DNA of 58,284 nt from assembly GCA_053919585.1 (NCBI GenBank), contig JBSSHM010000318.1. One strand, 5' to 3'. Positions 9,539-19,952 of this stretch are shown in pieces. Source of the stretch: Euprymna scolopes. Taxonomy: Eukaryota. The notes under the pieces were generated by a model. The model searched no databases. It had not been told where the DNA came from and was given only the letters and a program-made list of their open reading frames with translations. Both the position numbers and the translations under genes were made by a program. Each line of letters begins with the position of its first letter. The first letter of the stretch is position 1.

Positions 9539-10678
9539 TTATTCAATTCTTTGCCAGCGATTACCACTTAATGCTTTGATTTTTCCTTGTAGTTCTAGAG
9601 TAAGGAGAAGTGTGGTAAGCGTTTCAGGTGAGAAAGAGGTGTGTTTGGCAATTTCTTCTGTGCGGATGATTTCATAACCCATTGCCGTTAGAATTTTTTG
9701 CTGCTCTGGTGAAAGCTGGTTTACTTCATTATCCCAATTGGGTAAGTTATTTTGGGTGGAATTAGGTATGACTTGTTTTAAAAGTGGTAGGTTAATCTCA
9801 TCGAGAATATCTTGGGTATTTTGTGTTAATTTTGCACCTTGTTGAATGAGGAGGTGACAACCTTCAGATAGTGGGCTTTGAATGGAACCTGGTACGGCAA
9901 AAACGTCTCTCCCTTGTTCGCCTGCTAATCTTGCTGTAATCATTGAACCACCTGTTCGTTTGCTCTCAATGACGATTACTCCATGTGTGGATAAGCCACA
10001 AATTAGTCGATTTCTTGGTGGAAAATTCCCGCCCTTGGGTTGTGTTCCTAAAGGCAGTTCGCTGACTAATAAGCCATTTTCTTTAATAATCGTATCGGCA
10101 ATTTTTTGATTGGATTTGGGGTAAATAATGTCAATTCCTGTACCCATAAAGGCAACGGTTACTCCCTTTGCAGATAAAGCTCCCATATGAGCACAGGTAT
10201 CAATACCTAATGCCAATCCACTGCATATTGATAATCCTTGCAAGCTGAGTTCATAGGCGAATTTTTGTGTGGTCTTTAAGCCAAATGGTGTGGCTTGTCG
10301 GCTACCAATAATGGCAATATTTGGATGCTCAAAAGCAGATAGGTTGCCACGTGCGTATAGAATAGCTGGTGGGTCAGGGAGTTCGCGAAAAGAAGGGGGG
10401 TAGGATGGGCAGTTATAACCAATAATATGATGAGTCTGGGATTGTGCTAGCCATGTTTTGATGGTATGAATAGTGTGTTGAGAACAGGGCGTTTGTGCGG
10501 CACGATGGATTTTTTCTGTGATACCAATTTGCTGCCATTCTACTGCTGTTTTTTGTAGTGCTTTATCGGCACTAGTGAAAGCTTCCATTAAGCATCCGAA
10601 TGTAAGTTTGCCAAGTCCTTTTGTAAAAGCAAGCTGCAAACATGAGGATAATGCAGGTTGAGTTAAGTCGTATGACAT
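9539..10678 (-). CDS. dprA: DNA-processing protein DprA
   Basis: IAIIGSR, SGLALGID, FPPRNRLI, SMITARLA.EQGRDVFAVPG, C-terminal winged helix. Confidence 0.95.
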   Translation of the reverse strand: MSYDLTQPALSSCLQLAFTKGLGKLTFGCLMEAFTSADKALQKTAVEWQQIGITEKIHRAAQTPCSQHTIHTIKTWLAQSQTHHIIGYNCPSYPPSFRELPDPPAILYARGNLSAFEHPNIAIIGSRQATPFGLKTTQKFAYELSLQGLSICSGLALGIDTCAHMGALSAKGVTVAFMGTGIDIIYPKSNQKIADTIIKENGLLVSELPLGTQPKGGNFPPRNRLICGLSTHGVIVIESKRTGGSMITARLAGEQGRDVFAVPGSIQSPLSEGCHLLIQQGAKLTQNTQDILDEINLPLLKQVIPNSTQNNLPNWDNEVNQLSPEQQKILTAMGYEIIRTEEIAKHTSFSPETLTTLLLTLELQGKIKALSGNRWQRIE

Positions 10679-10720
10679 AGGTTAGATGAGGATATCAATG
10701 AAATGGTGGTTGATTGGAAA

Positions 10721-11956
10721 TTATAATTTTACCTTGTATTGGCTTCGCTTATTGTCATTATTATGGTTTTCCATAGTCTTGATTTTTTCTAGTATAACAA
10801 TGCTTTCAATGTGATGTGTGTAGGGAAATTGATCAAATAAAGCAAGTTGGGTAATGCGGTGAGAATTTAGTGTGTTAAGGTTCGCTATTAATGTAAGGGG
10901 ATTGCAAGAAATGTAGATAATGCGTTGGAATTTTTGTAAAAACTGCAAAGTGTTATTATCAATTCCACTTCTTGGTGGATCAACCAGTACAGTAGAAAAT
11001 TGATAATCACTCAGAGGAATACTCTTTAAACGATTGAATGAGCGGTAGCCACTTAATGCTTGGGAAGTTTCTTCTGCTGATAGGCGGACAAAATGAATAT
11101 TGTGCATGTTGTTTTTTGCTTTTGCTAGATTGGCAAGTTTCAGTGATTCTCTCACCACTTCTGTTGCTAGCACTTGGCGAAATTGCTTAGCTAGAGCAAT
11201 AGTAAAATTACCATTTCCACAATATAGCTCAAGTAAATCCATATTTTGTTCAGGGTTGGAGGATAGATGTTTGCTTACCCATGCTAACATTTGTGTATTA
11301 ATGAGGGCATTGGGTTGTGTAAAGGTATTATCATCTTGTAAGTAGGTGTAGGTTTGTTCGCCTAGGGTTATTGTGTAGTCAATATAGCCTTGCTTACAAA
11401 ACCAGTGTTTTTTGTGTGAACGTACAATAATATTCCAGTGATATTTTTGCTGTAGTTCAGAGATTTTTTTTAGAAATTGTGGTTTTTTTTTCTCAATATC
11501 TTGACGATAGATAAGTGTAATGAGTAGTTCATTTTGTAAGTTAGTGCGAAAATTGATTTGTTGACAACGCTCGGCAAGAATGGGATGTTTATTGATTTCA
11601 GTCATTAAAATTGGCATGGCTTCACTAATGGCTAATGCAGAGTGTTGGCATGTTTGTATGGCTATGGGTTGTTTGTTTATGCGATCAAACATGGCATAAG
11701 CCAATTCGTGATCAAATTTGCGTATGGCAAATTCTATGCGATAGCGAAAATGACTGGCTGGTGAGTGAAAGAATTCTATCTCATCTAAATGTGGTGGTTG
11801 ATGATTTAAATGCTCAGAAAATTGAGAGAGCCAATAGTTTTTTTTATAGTGAGCTTGTTCAAGATAGCATTTTTCATCTGCTTGGCAAAATTTAAATTGT
11901 TGCCAATAGCTAGCATATTGCTGATTAGTTATGGTTGTAGTCTTTGAATTTTCCAT
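10721..11956 (-). CDS. trmA: tRNA/tmRNA (uracil-5)-methyltransferase
   Basis: FTQPN, LLELYCGNGNF, VDPPRSG, YISCNP, FDQFPYTHHIE; exact start uncertain. Confidence 0.9.
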   Translation of the reverse strand: MENSKTTTITNQQYASYWQQFKFCQADEKCYLEQAHYKKNYWLSQFSEHLNHQPPHLDEIEFFHSPASHFRYRIEFAIRKFDHELAYAMFDRINKQPIAIQTCQHSALAISEAMPILMTEINKHPILAERCQQINFRTNLQNELLITLIYRQDIEKKKPQFLKKISELQQKYHWNIIVRSHKKHWFCKQGYIDYTITLGEQTYTYLQDDNTFTQPNALINTQMLAWVSKHLSSNPEQNMDLLELYCGNGNFTIALAKQFRQVLATEVVRESLKLANLAKAKNNMHNIHFVRLSAEETSQALSGYRSFNRLKSIPLSDYQFSTVLVDPPRSGIDNNTLQFLQKFQRIIYISCNPLTLIANLNTLNSHRITQLALFDQFPYTHHIESIVILEKIKTMENHNNDNKRSQYKVKL

Positions 11957-12567
11957 TGTGAGGTAGCGTTGTCCCAGAGGTAACTTAGACGATCATGTAA
12001 GCGATTGGTACGACCTTGCCAAAATTCCCAGTAGTGAGGTTTTAAACGGTATCCAGCCCATTTTTCTGGGGTTGGGACATAATCTGGATATTGTGCTTCA
12101 AAAAGGGAAAAGTTTTTTTCTAGTTCTTCACGACTAGCAATGAAGTCGCTTTGTTCCGATGCGGCTGTGGCGTGTTGATTACCTAGGGGACGGCTTTGAA
12201 AATAATCATTAACGCACTCTCTATCTAATTCTATTATGTTGCCACTTACACGTACTTGACGATTAAATTCTCGCCAGAAAAAAAGTATTTGACCTTGTGG
12301 ATTGTTGCTAATATGTTTGCCTTTTTCACTATTTCTGTTGCCGTAGAAAACAAGTCCCTCCTCATCGAGTTGACGCAACAATAAATATCGAGCACCTACT
12401 TCTCCAGTGTGATCAGCAGTAGCTAGGCAACAAGCATGGTAATCAGGAATATTTTCCTGTTTTGCTTGATCTAACCACTCTTGGAGCTGTTCATGAGGTG
12501 TGGTTTTTAAGTCGCTTTTTTCTAGTTGAGAAAATGTATATTGCGTACGTGAGTGGTATAAAGACAT
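11929..12567 (-). CDS. pdxH: Pyridoxamine 5'-phosphate oxidase
   Basis: RQVRV, YFQSRP, ASEQS, EFWQGRTNRLHDR, RLQP. Confidence 0.95.
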   Translation of the reverse strand: MSLYHSRTQYTFSQLEKSDLKTTPHEQLQEWLDQAKQENIPDYHACCLATADHTGEVGARYLLLRQLDEEGLVFYGNRNSEKGKHISNNPQGQILFFWREFNRQVRVSGNIIELDRECVNDYFQSRPLGNQHATAASEQSDFIASREELEKNFSLFEAQYPDYVPTPEKWAGYRLKPHYWEFWQGRTNRLHDRLSYLWDNATSQWKIQRLQP

Positions 12568-12680
12568 AAGCGTAATATTTTTTGCTGTATTTTCGTAAAA
12601 AGTCAGTAAGCTAGTGTTGTATAAAATGCTAAAATATACAACGATTGTGAAATATAGAACACCATTAAAAATTATAAAAC

Positions 12681-14570
12681 ATGATAAAAAAATATGATGC
12701 TTCAGCGATTGAAGTATTAACGGGTTTAGATCCAGTGCGTAAGCGTCCAGGTATGTATACCAATACGCAAGATCCTAATCATATCGCACAGGAGGTGATT
12801 GATAATAGCGTTGATGAAGCTCTTGCCGGCTATGCTAATCAAATTAAGGTATTCATTGCTTTGGATGGTTCTATGCGTGTGGAGGATAATGGCAGAGGAA
12901 TGCCCGTGGATGAACACCCTGAGCAGAAACGTAGCGGGGTTGAGGTAATTCTTACAACGTTGCATGCAGGTGGTAAATTTTCTGATAGCAATTATCAATT
13001 TTCTGGGGGGTTGCATGGTGTGGGTATTTCGGTGGTGAATGCCTTAAGTAGCAAGTTACAAGTTCAGGTTAAGCGTGATTCAGGGTTGTATTCAATTGAT
13101 TTTAAGGATGGAGCTGCACTGACTCCTTTACAGTTGGTTGGTAAAGTTGGCAAAAATAATACAGGTACGATAGTGCATTTTCATCCTGATGAGGGGTTTT
13201 TTGAGAGAGCTAAATTTAATACGAAGAGTCTGAAAGCTTTTTTATGTGCCAAAGCAGTTTTGTGTGCAGGATTGAAAATTGAATTAGAGATTGAAGCCTT
13301 CGGTGAGGAATCCAATGAAAAAGTCTCTTGGCAGTATGAGGGAGGTATATCAGAGTATTTAAAAAGTTCATTAGTTAATTGTGTGCGTTTGCCTGATGAG
13401 GTGATTCATGCTGAAAGTAGTGATGATAGCGGTAGTGTTGATGTGGCACTGACGTGGTTGCCAGAGTTTGGTAGCATGATTAATGAAAGTTATGTCAATG
13501 CTGTGCCGACAACTGAGGGGGGCACACATGTGAATGGTTTACGTTCAGGTTTAACTGATGCCATTCGTGAATTTTTAGACATTCATCATTTATTACCACG
13601 TAGTATAAAAATTACGGCTGAAGATGTTTGCAAAAACCTTGTTTATGTGTTGGCTATTAAGATGAAAGACCCACAGTTTTTGGGACAGACAAAGGAGCGA
13701 CTATCTTCACGAGAGGTGGTGAGCCAAGTATCACAAGTGGTTAAGGATTGTTTATCCCTATGGCTCAATCAACATATGGATGTTGCTCGTAAGATTTGTG
13801 ACTTAATTATAGATAGTGCCAGACAACGGCAAAATAGCAGTCAAAAAACTGTGCGAAAAAAGGTTGCCAGTGGTCCTGCTTTACCGGGGAAACTAACCGA
13901 TTGTATCTCACAAGATATTGAACAAACAGAGTTATTTTTAGTTGAGGGGGATTCAGCAGGAGGGTCTGCCAGGCAGGCACGAGATAAAAGTTTTCAAGCG
14001 ATTATGCCTTTGCGTGGGAAAATTTTAAATACATGGGAAGTTTCGCCTCAGCAAGTACTTTCTTCAGATGAAATTCATGATATTTCTGTGGCAATAGGGG
14101 TTGAACCAAATGCGTTTAGTATGGAAAAGTTACGTTATGGTAAGATATGTATTTTAGCGGATGCGGATTCAGATGGTTTGCATATTGCGACGCTGTTATG
14201 TGCATTGTTTTTAAGGCATTTTCGTGTATTAGTGGAGAGAGGGCATATATTCATTGCTATGCCACCGCTATATCGTATAGACATGGGCAAGGAAACACGT
14301 TACGCCATTGATGCAGAGGAAAGAGATCATATTATTAATAGTTATTCAGGCAATGCAAATGTGCAAATTACTCGCTTTAAAGGTTTGGGAGAAATGAATC
14401 CATTACAACTTCGTGAATCCACCTTACATCCAGATACTAGACGCCTCATCCAATTAACAGTGGATGAGGAGAGTAACTCTATGGATATGATGGATAAATT
14501 ATTGGGAAAAAAACGTGTAATGGATAGAAAGATTTGGCTAGAAGAAAAAGGTGATCTAGCTGATGTCTAA
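12681..14570 (+). CDS. parE: DNA topoisomerase IV subunit B
   Basis: GLDPVRKRPGMY, DNSVDEALAG, LVEGDSAGGSA, PLRGKILNTWE, ILADADSDG, RFKGLGEMNP; 629 aa. Confidence 0.95.
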   Translation: MIKKYDASAIEVLTGLDPVRKRPGMYTNTQDPNHIAQEVIDNSVDEALAGYANQIKVFIALDGSMRVEDNGRGMPVDEHPEQKRSGVEVILTTLHAGGKFSDSNYQFSGGLHGVGISVVNALSSKLQVQVKRDSGLYSIDFKDGAALTPLQLVGKVGKNNTGTIVHFHPDEGFFERAKFNTKSLKAFLCAKAVLCAGLKIELEIEAFGEESNEKVSWQYEGGISEYLKSSLVNCVRLPDEVIHAESSDDSGSVDVALTWLPEFGSMINESYVNAVPTTEGGTHVNGLRSGLTDAIREFLDIHHLLPRSIKITAEDVCKNLVYVLAIKMKDPQFLGQTKERLSSREVVSQVSQVVKDCLSLWLNQHMDVARKICDLIIDSARQRQNSSQKTVRKKVASGPALPGKLTDCISQDIEQTELFLVEGDSAGGSARQARDKSFQAIMPLRGKILNTWEVSPQQVLSSDEIHDISVAIGVEPNAFSMEKLRYGKICILADADSDGLHIATLLCALFLRHFRVLVERGHIFIAMPPLYRIDMGKETRYAIDAEERDHIINSYSGNANVQITRFKGLGEMNPLQLRESTLHPDTRRLIQLTVDEESNSMDMMDKLLGKKRVMDRKIWLEEKGDLADV

Positions 14571-14644
14571 GATTAAACAACGTTTGTATATACTTATATA
14601 TTCTCATGAGTAGTAGCTTCCACATGGAATCATAGAAACAAGAT

Positions 14645-16279
14645 ATGTTTAAAGAAACTCTCGTTATTATTGGCTTTATTGATCGTATCAAAAGCATTTT
14701 GATTGCGATTTTACTTGCTTCAATTGGTAATAATGTTTTATTTATTATTCTGCCAATTAATCTTGAGATGAATGGCATATCTACTTCTGTGATTGGTTGG
14801 GTGATGGCAGGATATTCATTAGGTATCTTTTTGGGAAGTCAATATGGACATATTATAATTTCCCAAGTTGGACATATTCGTAGCTATGCTGCTGTTGGGG
14901 CAATGGTGAGTATGATTGCTAGCTTGCATGTATTTGTTGAGTATGAGTGGGCAGTTTTATTGATGCGTATTGTGGTGGGTATGGCAATGTCAATTATTTA
15001 TCTCACCCTAGAGAGTTGGCTTAATGCTACCAGTGAAAGCAATTCTCGAGGAACTATCTACTCGTTGTATCAATTCTCCTATGGTTTAGGTTTACTTGCT
15101 GCTCCATTTGTGGCAACGATTTTTGATCCAAGTGATTTACGTGCCTTTAGTTTGGTTACCCTATTTGTTTCATTATCACTGGTACCACTGGTGATGACGA
15201 ATTTTAAAACCCCACAAATTATTGGTAATCAAGAAAAACTACCGATCATAGAGATGGTTAGGGATACGCCTAGTGGAGCAGTAATGGCAATGTTTGCCGG
15301 TGGGTGTGTTTCTGCTCTAACCTCTTTACTGGCTTTATTTGGTACGTGGATGGAGTTAAGTGGTAGTCAATTATCTATATTAATGGCTGCGGCTATTGGA
15401 AGTTCTATCTTATTACAAATTCCCGTTGGTAAGCTGGCTGATAAATTTGATGCACGTTATTTGCTACTAGCTTTGAACATTGTTGCAACAATCAGTTCAT
15501 TTTTTGTGTTATGGTGTATTTATTTTGAAAGTAATTGGCTATGGATTGTTTTGTGTGCGGCAATTTTAGGAAGTTGTTTTTTCTGTATGTATCCATTGTG
15601 TATCAAGTTTGTTTTCAATCAAATGGATGCTGAAAAATCAATTCCTGCAATGAGTACATTATTGATTATTTTTAGTATTGGTGCAGTAGTAGGACCAATT
15701 GTTGCTTCCTTATTTATGCAGTTTATTGCTCCATGGGGACTCTTTATTTTCTTTTTTATCAGTATGCTAATTGCTTCCTTATTTATGCTTTATCGAGTGT
15801 TACGTAGCAGTTCACCAGAGCTTGATGAAGAAAGTGTTCCCTATATGATCACGATAAAAATGCTCCGCCCAATGAGTGTCAATCTTGATCCAAGAATGGA
15901 TTATTTGATGACTAAAATGGATAATACCGCCATTAAAACCTTAGCTAATACCATTGCAATATCTCCAGTTAAAACTCAAACACTCATTGAGAGTTATACA
16001 GAATATTTAGAAGGGTTTACTCCGGAGGAGATACTGACATCACTAGTGTTGCATAAACCTCGTTTATCTAAGACAATTATTCGTGCGATGCGTAATATTC
16101 ATCCAGATAAAGAAATTGATTTTGCCTATGCCTTAAGAGATTTGATTTCACTCAATAAATCCAATATTAATCAGTTACTGCTTAAAGGCTTAATCCATAA
16201 AGTCGATGATGAGTTAATGATGCAAATTAAGGCATTATTTGAAGAATTTATTACACCTCTAAATGAGAATAATAGTTAG
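14645..16279 (+). CDS. MFS transporter (YcaD-like) with a soluble C-terminal extension of about 130 aa
   Basis: VGHIRSY, ESWLN...RG, QIPVGKLADKFD, about 12 TM segments. Confidence 0.85.
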   Translation: MFKETLVIIGFIDRIKSILIAILLASIGNNVLFIILPINLEMNGISTSVIGWVMAGYSLGIFLGSQYGHIIISQVGHIRSYAAVGAMVSMIASLHVFVEYEWAVLLMRIVVGMAMSIIYLTLESWLNATSESNSRGTIYSLYQFSYGLGLLAAPFVATIFDPSDLRAFSLVTLFVSLSLVPLVMTNFKTPQIIGNQEKLPIIEMVRDTPSGAVMAMFAGGCVSALTSLLALFGTWMELSGSQLSILMAAAIGSSILLQIPVGKLADKFDARYLLLALNIVATISSFFVLWCIYFESNWLWIVLCAAILGSCFFCMYPLCIKFVFNQMDAEKSIPAMSTLLIIFSIGAVVGPIVASLFMQFIAPWGLFIFFFISMLIASLFMLYRVLRSSSPELDEESVPYMITIKMLRPMSVNLDPRMDYLMTKMDNTAIKTLANTIAISPVKTQTLIESYTEYLEGFTPEEILTSLVLHKPRLSKTIIRAMRNIHPDKEIDFAYALRDLISLNKSNINQLLLKGLIHKVDDELMMQIKALFEEFITPLNENNS

Positions 16280-16324
16280 GTTTTAACTGATTAAAAAGAG
16301 GGTGCATATTAATTTTAGTCAGAT

Positions 16325-17794
16325 TTAGACATTTTCTTGATGTCTATGAGCAATGGATTTAAGATATTCTTGTGTAACATCACCGGTGCTGTATTTTCCA
16401 TCAAAACAAGAGGTATCAAAATCGTGAATAGAGGGATTTGAACCACTGGTTTTGACTGCGGTAATTAAATCATCAAGGTCTTGATAAATGACCCTGTCTG
16501 CACCAATTTTTTCAGCAACTTTTTCAGGAGTTTTCATCTGATAAGCAATCAGGTCTTCTTGATTAGGCATATCAATACCGTAAACATAGGGGAAAAATAT
16601 CGGTGGAGAAGCGGAAGCGATATAGACTTTTTTTGAACCTGCTTGACGGGCCAGTGAGACAATCTCTTTGGAGGTGGTTCCTCGTACAATGGAATCATCT
16701 ACAAGCATAACTTTTTTTCCTTTAAATTCTGAGGTAACGGGGTTGAGTTTACGTTTGACTGATTTTTTTCTTGTCTTTTGTCCAGGCATGATAAAAGTTC
16801 TGCCAATGTAACGGTTTTTAATAAGTCCTTCGGTATAGTCAATATTTAATACTTTTGCCATTTCTAGAGCACTGGTGCGACTGGTATCAGGTATGGGCAT
16901 AATGACATCAATATCTTCAGGTGACATGACACGTTTGATTTTTTCTGCTAAATAGTGTCCCATGTTTTTTCTAGCTTGATGTACGGATAGACCATCTACA
17001 ATGGAGTCTGGACGAGAGAAATAAACATATTCAAAAATGCATGGGCTGTAGAATTGTGTGCTAGTGCATTGATGACTAAGTAGTTGTCCATCTAGTGTAA
17101 TGTAGATGGCTTCACCTGGTTTGACGTCTCGTTCGATTTCAAAATCTTGTGTCGTTAAGGCAATGCTTTCAGAGGCTACTGCCCATTCGGTTGTGCCTTT
17201 GTATTCTCGTTTTCCTAAAATTAATGGACGTAATCCATGTGGATCACGAAAAGCAATGATGCCATAGCCAACAATTAAGCCAACTGTAGCATAGGCACCT
17301 TTCGCTCGTTTATTTACCCCTTCAATCGCTTTAAACAATGCTTCAGGTTGTAGCTTAAGATCTCCATGTGTATAGAGTTCATCAGCAAAAAGATTGAGAA
17401 GTACTTCTGAATCTGAGCGAGTATTAATGTGCCGTTTATCTCTAGCAGAGAGTTCACTGGCTAGTTGACTGGAATTGATTAGGTTGCCATTGTGGGACAG
17501 TGCAATACCATAGGGAGAGTTAACATATAGAGGTTGTGCTTCTTTTTTGGTGTAGCATCCAGCAGTTGGGTAGCGAACATGCCCAATACCGATATGACCG
17601 CTAAGATAATTCATATGACGTGTTCGATAGACTTCTCGTACATACCCATTATTTTTACGTAACTTTAATTCATTTTTATCTAAAGTTGCAATGCCAGTGG
17701 AGTCTTGACCACGGTGTTGGAGGAGGGTTAGTCCATCAAATAATAATTGGTTAACTTGTCTTTTAGGAGAATAAATGCCGATAATACCACACAT
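16325..17794 (-). CDS. purF: Amidophosphoribosyltransferase
   Basis: MCGI, LQHRGQD, HVRYPTAG, CIFEYVYF, VDDSIVRGTT. Confidence 0.97.
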   Translation of the reverse strand: MCGIIGIYSPKRQVNQLLFDGLTLLQHRGQDSTGIATLDKNELKLRKNNGYVREVYRTRHMNYLSGHIGIGHVRYPTAGCYTKKEAQPLYVNSPYGIALSHNGNLINSSQLASELSARDKRHINTRSDSEVLLNLFADELYTHGDLKLQPEALFKAIEGVNKRAKGAYATVGLIVGYGIIAFRDPHGLRPLILGKREYKGTTEWAVASESIALTTQDFEIERDVKPGEAIYITLDGQLLSHQCTSTQFYSPCIFEYVYFSRPDSIVDGLSVHQARKNMGHYLAEKIKRVMSPEDIDVIMPIPDTSRTSALEMAKVLNIDYTEGLIKNRYIGRTFIMPGQKTRKKSVKRKLNPVTSEFKGKKVMLVDDSIVRGTTSKEIVSLARQAGSKKVYIASASPPIFFPYVYGIDMPNQEDLIAYQMKTPEKVAEKIGADRVIYQDLDDLITAVKTSGSNPSIHDFDTSCFDGKYSTGDVTQEYLKSIAHRHQENV

Positions 17795-17898
17795 GAGATA
17801 ATGTTTAAAATATTGTTGGAATAGAAAGATGATAGAAGGGGAAGAGAGTAGTGGTTGTTAATGTGAGAGTTTCTATCATTATGCTGGTTGTTTATTTT

Positions 17899-18669
17899 TT
17901 ATCGCCACTTTCGTAGTGTCGCAAAGACATCTACGGGTTTATCAAGCAGTTGTTCTGCGTAGTCTTCACATGCTGCTTTTATCTCAGGTTGATCACAACG
18001 CCAAAAAGGGTTAACTAAATGTTCGGTTTCTACTGTGCTACAGCCATTATAGAGATGATTTTGTTTGCATAATTCAATGTGTGTGTAAATATGCGAGTTA
18101 TTTTTTTCAACTTTTTTGGCAAAATAAAGATTCTCTAAGGTATAGTCATGTCCATAGTAAAGCATGGTTTTACTAGGCAGTTGCATGATTTTTTTTGTTG
18201 AGGACCAAAAAGTTTGGGCATCTCCTTCAAATAGCCCTCCAGCTCCGGCTCCAAATACGGTATCACCAACAAAGCAAAGTTGCTTTTCAGCACTGTAATA
18301 ACAGATGTGATCAAGGGTGTGTCCAGGCGTTTCAATAACTTCAAAGTGAGTATGCACACCTTCACTTAATATTTTGTCCCCTTCTTGCAATGGATGAGTA
18401 ATAAATTTGCATGGTGATTCCTTAGGACCGTAAACTTTACTGTTTGGAAATTCTTTTAGTAGTGTAGGTATGCCATCAGTATGATCGTAATGATGATGGG
18501 TGATGAGAATATCACAGACAGAAAGAGAATGTTTTTTGAGATAGTTTATGATGGGTTCTGCATAACCTGGATCAACAATAGTTGCTACAGATTGCTCTTC
18601 TGATTGCATAATCCATATAAGATTATTCATCCCAGATTCAAATCCAGCAGGAACAGAATTTATTTGCAT
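17899..18669 (-). CDS. gloB: Hydroxyacylglutathione hydrolase (glyoxalase II)
   Basis: THHHYDH, TPGHT.DH, GDT.F, GHDYT. Confidence 0.85.
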   Translation of the reverse strand: MQINSVPAGFESGMNNLIWIMQSEEQSVATIVDPGYAEPIINYLKKHSLSVCDILITHHHYDHTDGIPTLLKEFPNSKVYGPKESPCKFITHPLQEGDKILSEGVHTHFEVIETPGHTLDHICYYSAEKQLCFVGDTVFGAGAGGLFEGDAQTFWSSTKKIMQLPSKTMLYYGHDYTLENLYFAKKVEKNNSHIYTHIELCKQNHLYNGCSTVETEHLVNPFWRCDQPEIKAACEDYAEQLLDKPVDVFATLRKWR

Positions 18670-18803
18670 TATATTAAGTACAGCAAAGAAAGGATTAATC
18701 GCTCAAAATGATGCCCTATAATTTAAATCATAGATACATTTTTTTACATTTGACTTGATTAAATTATAGCATAGTCAAGTTAGTCAAAATTACAATTTTT
18801 CTC

Positions 18804-19751
18804 ATGAGTTTATCGTATTTAGAGTATTTAAAAAAATTTACCACTGTTGTAGCAGATACTGGAGATATTGAGGCAATAAAAAGGACGCACCCTCAGGATT
18901 CAACAACGAATCCGTCATTAATTCTTGCGGTAGCTAAGCAAACTCAATATGAGCCTTTTGTTCGACAAATTATTCAAGAATCAGGGCAAGATATTTCATT
19001 GTGTATGCAGTTATTATTGGTAGGTTTTGGTGAGCAGATAGTCAAAGTGATTCCAGGTCGGGTATCAATAGAAGTTGATGCACGATTATCTTATGATAGG
19101 CAACAAACTATTTCTTATGCACAAAAAATTATTGATTTATTTGCTAAGAGAGGCATTGATCGTTCACGCGTATTGATTAAAATCGCCTCAACTTGGGAAG
19201 GTGTTCAAGCAGCTAAGGAGTTGGAGAAACAAGGAATTCATTGCAATCTTACGTTGTTATTTAGTTTTGCACAAGCTGTGATTTGTGCTGAGGCAGGTGT
19301 AACGCTTATTTCACCCTTTGTTGGCAGAATATTAGATTGGTATCGTGATAATCAAAACTTTATTTCAACGGATCCTCAAGAGGATCCTGGTGTGAAGTTT
19401 GTCACAAAGGTTTATCATTATTATAAAAAACATGGCTATCAAACAGAAATTATGGGAGCAAGTTTTCGTAATAGTGGAGAGATTATGCAATTATCGGGCT
19501 GTGATTTGCTCACCATTTCACCTGTCTTGATAGAAGAGCTAGATGGTAGTATCATGGAAGATAATTATCAAGCGGCAAAGTTATCTAAGCAAGACTCTAA
19601 TAAGCTTGGTGGCAATAAGCTTAGCTATAATCAACAGCAATTTATTGATCATCATAATCAAGATTTAATGGCAAAAGAAAAGCTAGCAGAAGGAATTGAA
19701 CGTTTTTGCCAAGACACCATTCAGCTTGAGGAATATATTAGGCAATTATAA
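18804..19751 (+). CDS. tal: Transaldolase
   Basis: VVADTGD, TTNPSL, LIKIASTWEG, LISPFVGRI, MGASFRN. Confidence 0.95.
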   Translation: MSLSYLEYLKKFTTVVADTGDIEAIKRTHPQDSTTNPSLILAVAKQTQYEPFVRQIIQESGQDISLCMQLLLVGFGEQIVKVIPGRVSIEVDARLSYDRQQTISYAQKIIDLFAKRGIDRSRVLIKIASTWEGVQAAKELEKQGIHCNLTLLFSFAQAVICAEAGVTLISPFVGRILDWYRDNQNFISTDPQEDPGVKFVTKVYHYYKKHGYQTEIMGASFRNSGEIMQLSGCDLLTISPVLIEELDGSIMEDNYQAAKLSKQDSNKLGGNKLSYNQQQFIDHHNQDLMAKEKLAEGIERFCQDTIQLEEYIRQL

Positions 19752-19791
19752 AAAAAAGTTAACCCTAGTATCCCCATAATAAAAAAACCCA

Positions 19792-19825
19792 AACAATAAC
19801 GTCAATATATATTGACGTTATTGTT
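19792..19825. repeat. Perfect 34-bp palindrome AACAATAACGTCAATATATATTGACGTTATTGTT
   Basis: The 17-bp arms are exact reverse complements with no loop; lies between tal and the imelysin operon. Confidence 0.95.
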
Positions 19826-19840
19826 AAAGTTAGTTATACT
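19812..19840 (+). promoter_or_regulatory. Sigma70-type promoter of the imelysin operon
   Basis: TTGACG - 17 bp - TATACT, about 110 bp upstream of the ORF at 19953. Confidence 0.7.
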
Positions 19841-19952
19841 TTACAGATAAGGCTGGGTGATATTTTCACCTAATTTTATTTAAAAATTTAAAAAAGAGGA
19901 TAAGTTTGCTTTCTGGCAAGTTTGTGCTTCAACATTTATTTATTATCTGTAG

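Noticed and set aside
17885-17910. gloB ends at KWR, lacking the usual following Asp
   Set aside because: At most a few residues lost; metal motifs are intact; may be a small consensus error
18748-18790. Imperfect TTGACT...AGTCAA inverted repeats between gloB and tal
   Set aside because: Short and imperfect in AT-rich DNA; cannot be told apart from chance or divergent -35 boxes
19752-19952. Fur box upstream of the imelysin operon
   Set aside because: No convincing GATAATGATAATCATTATC-like match found
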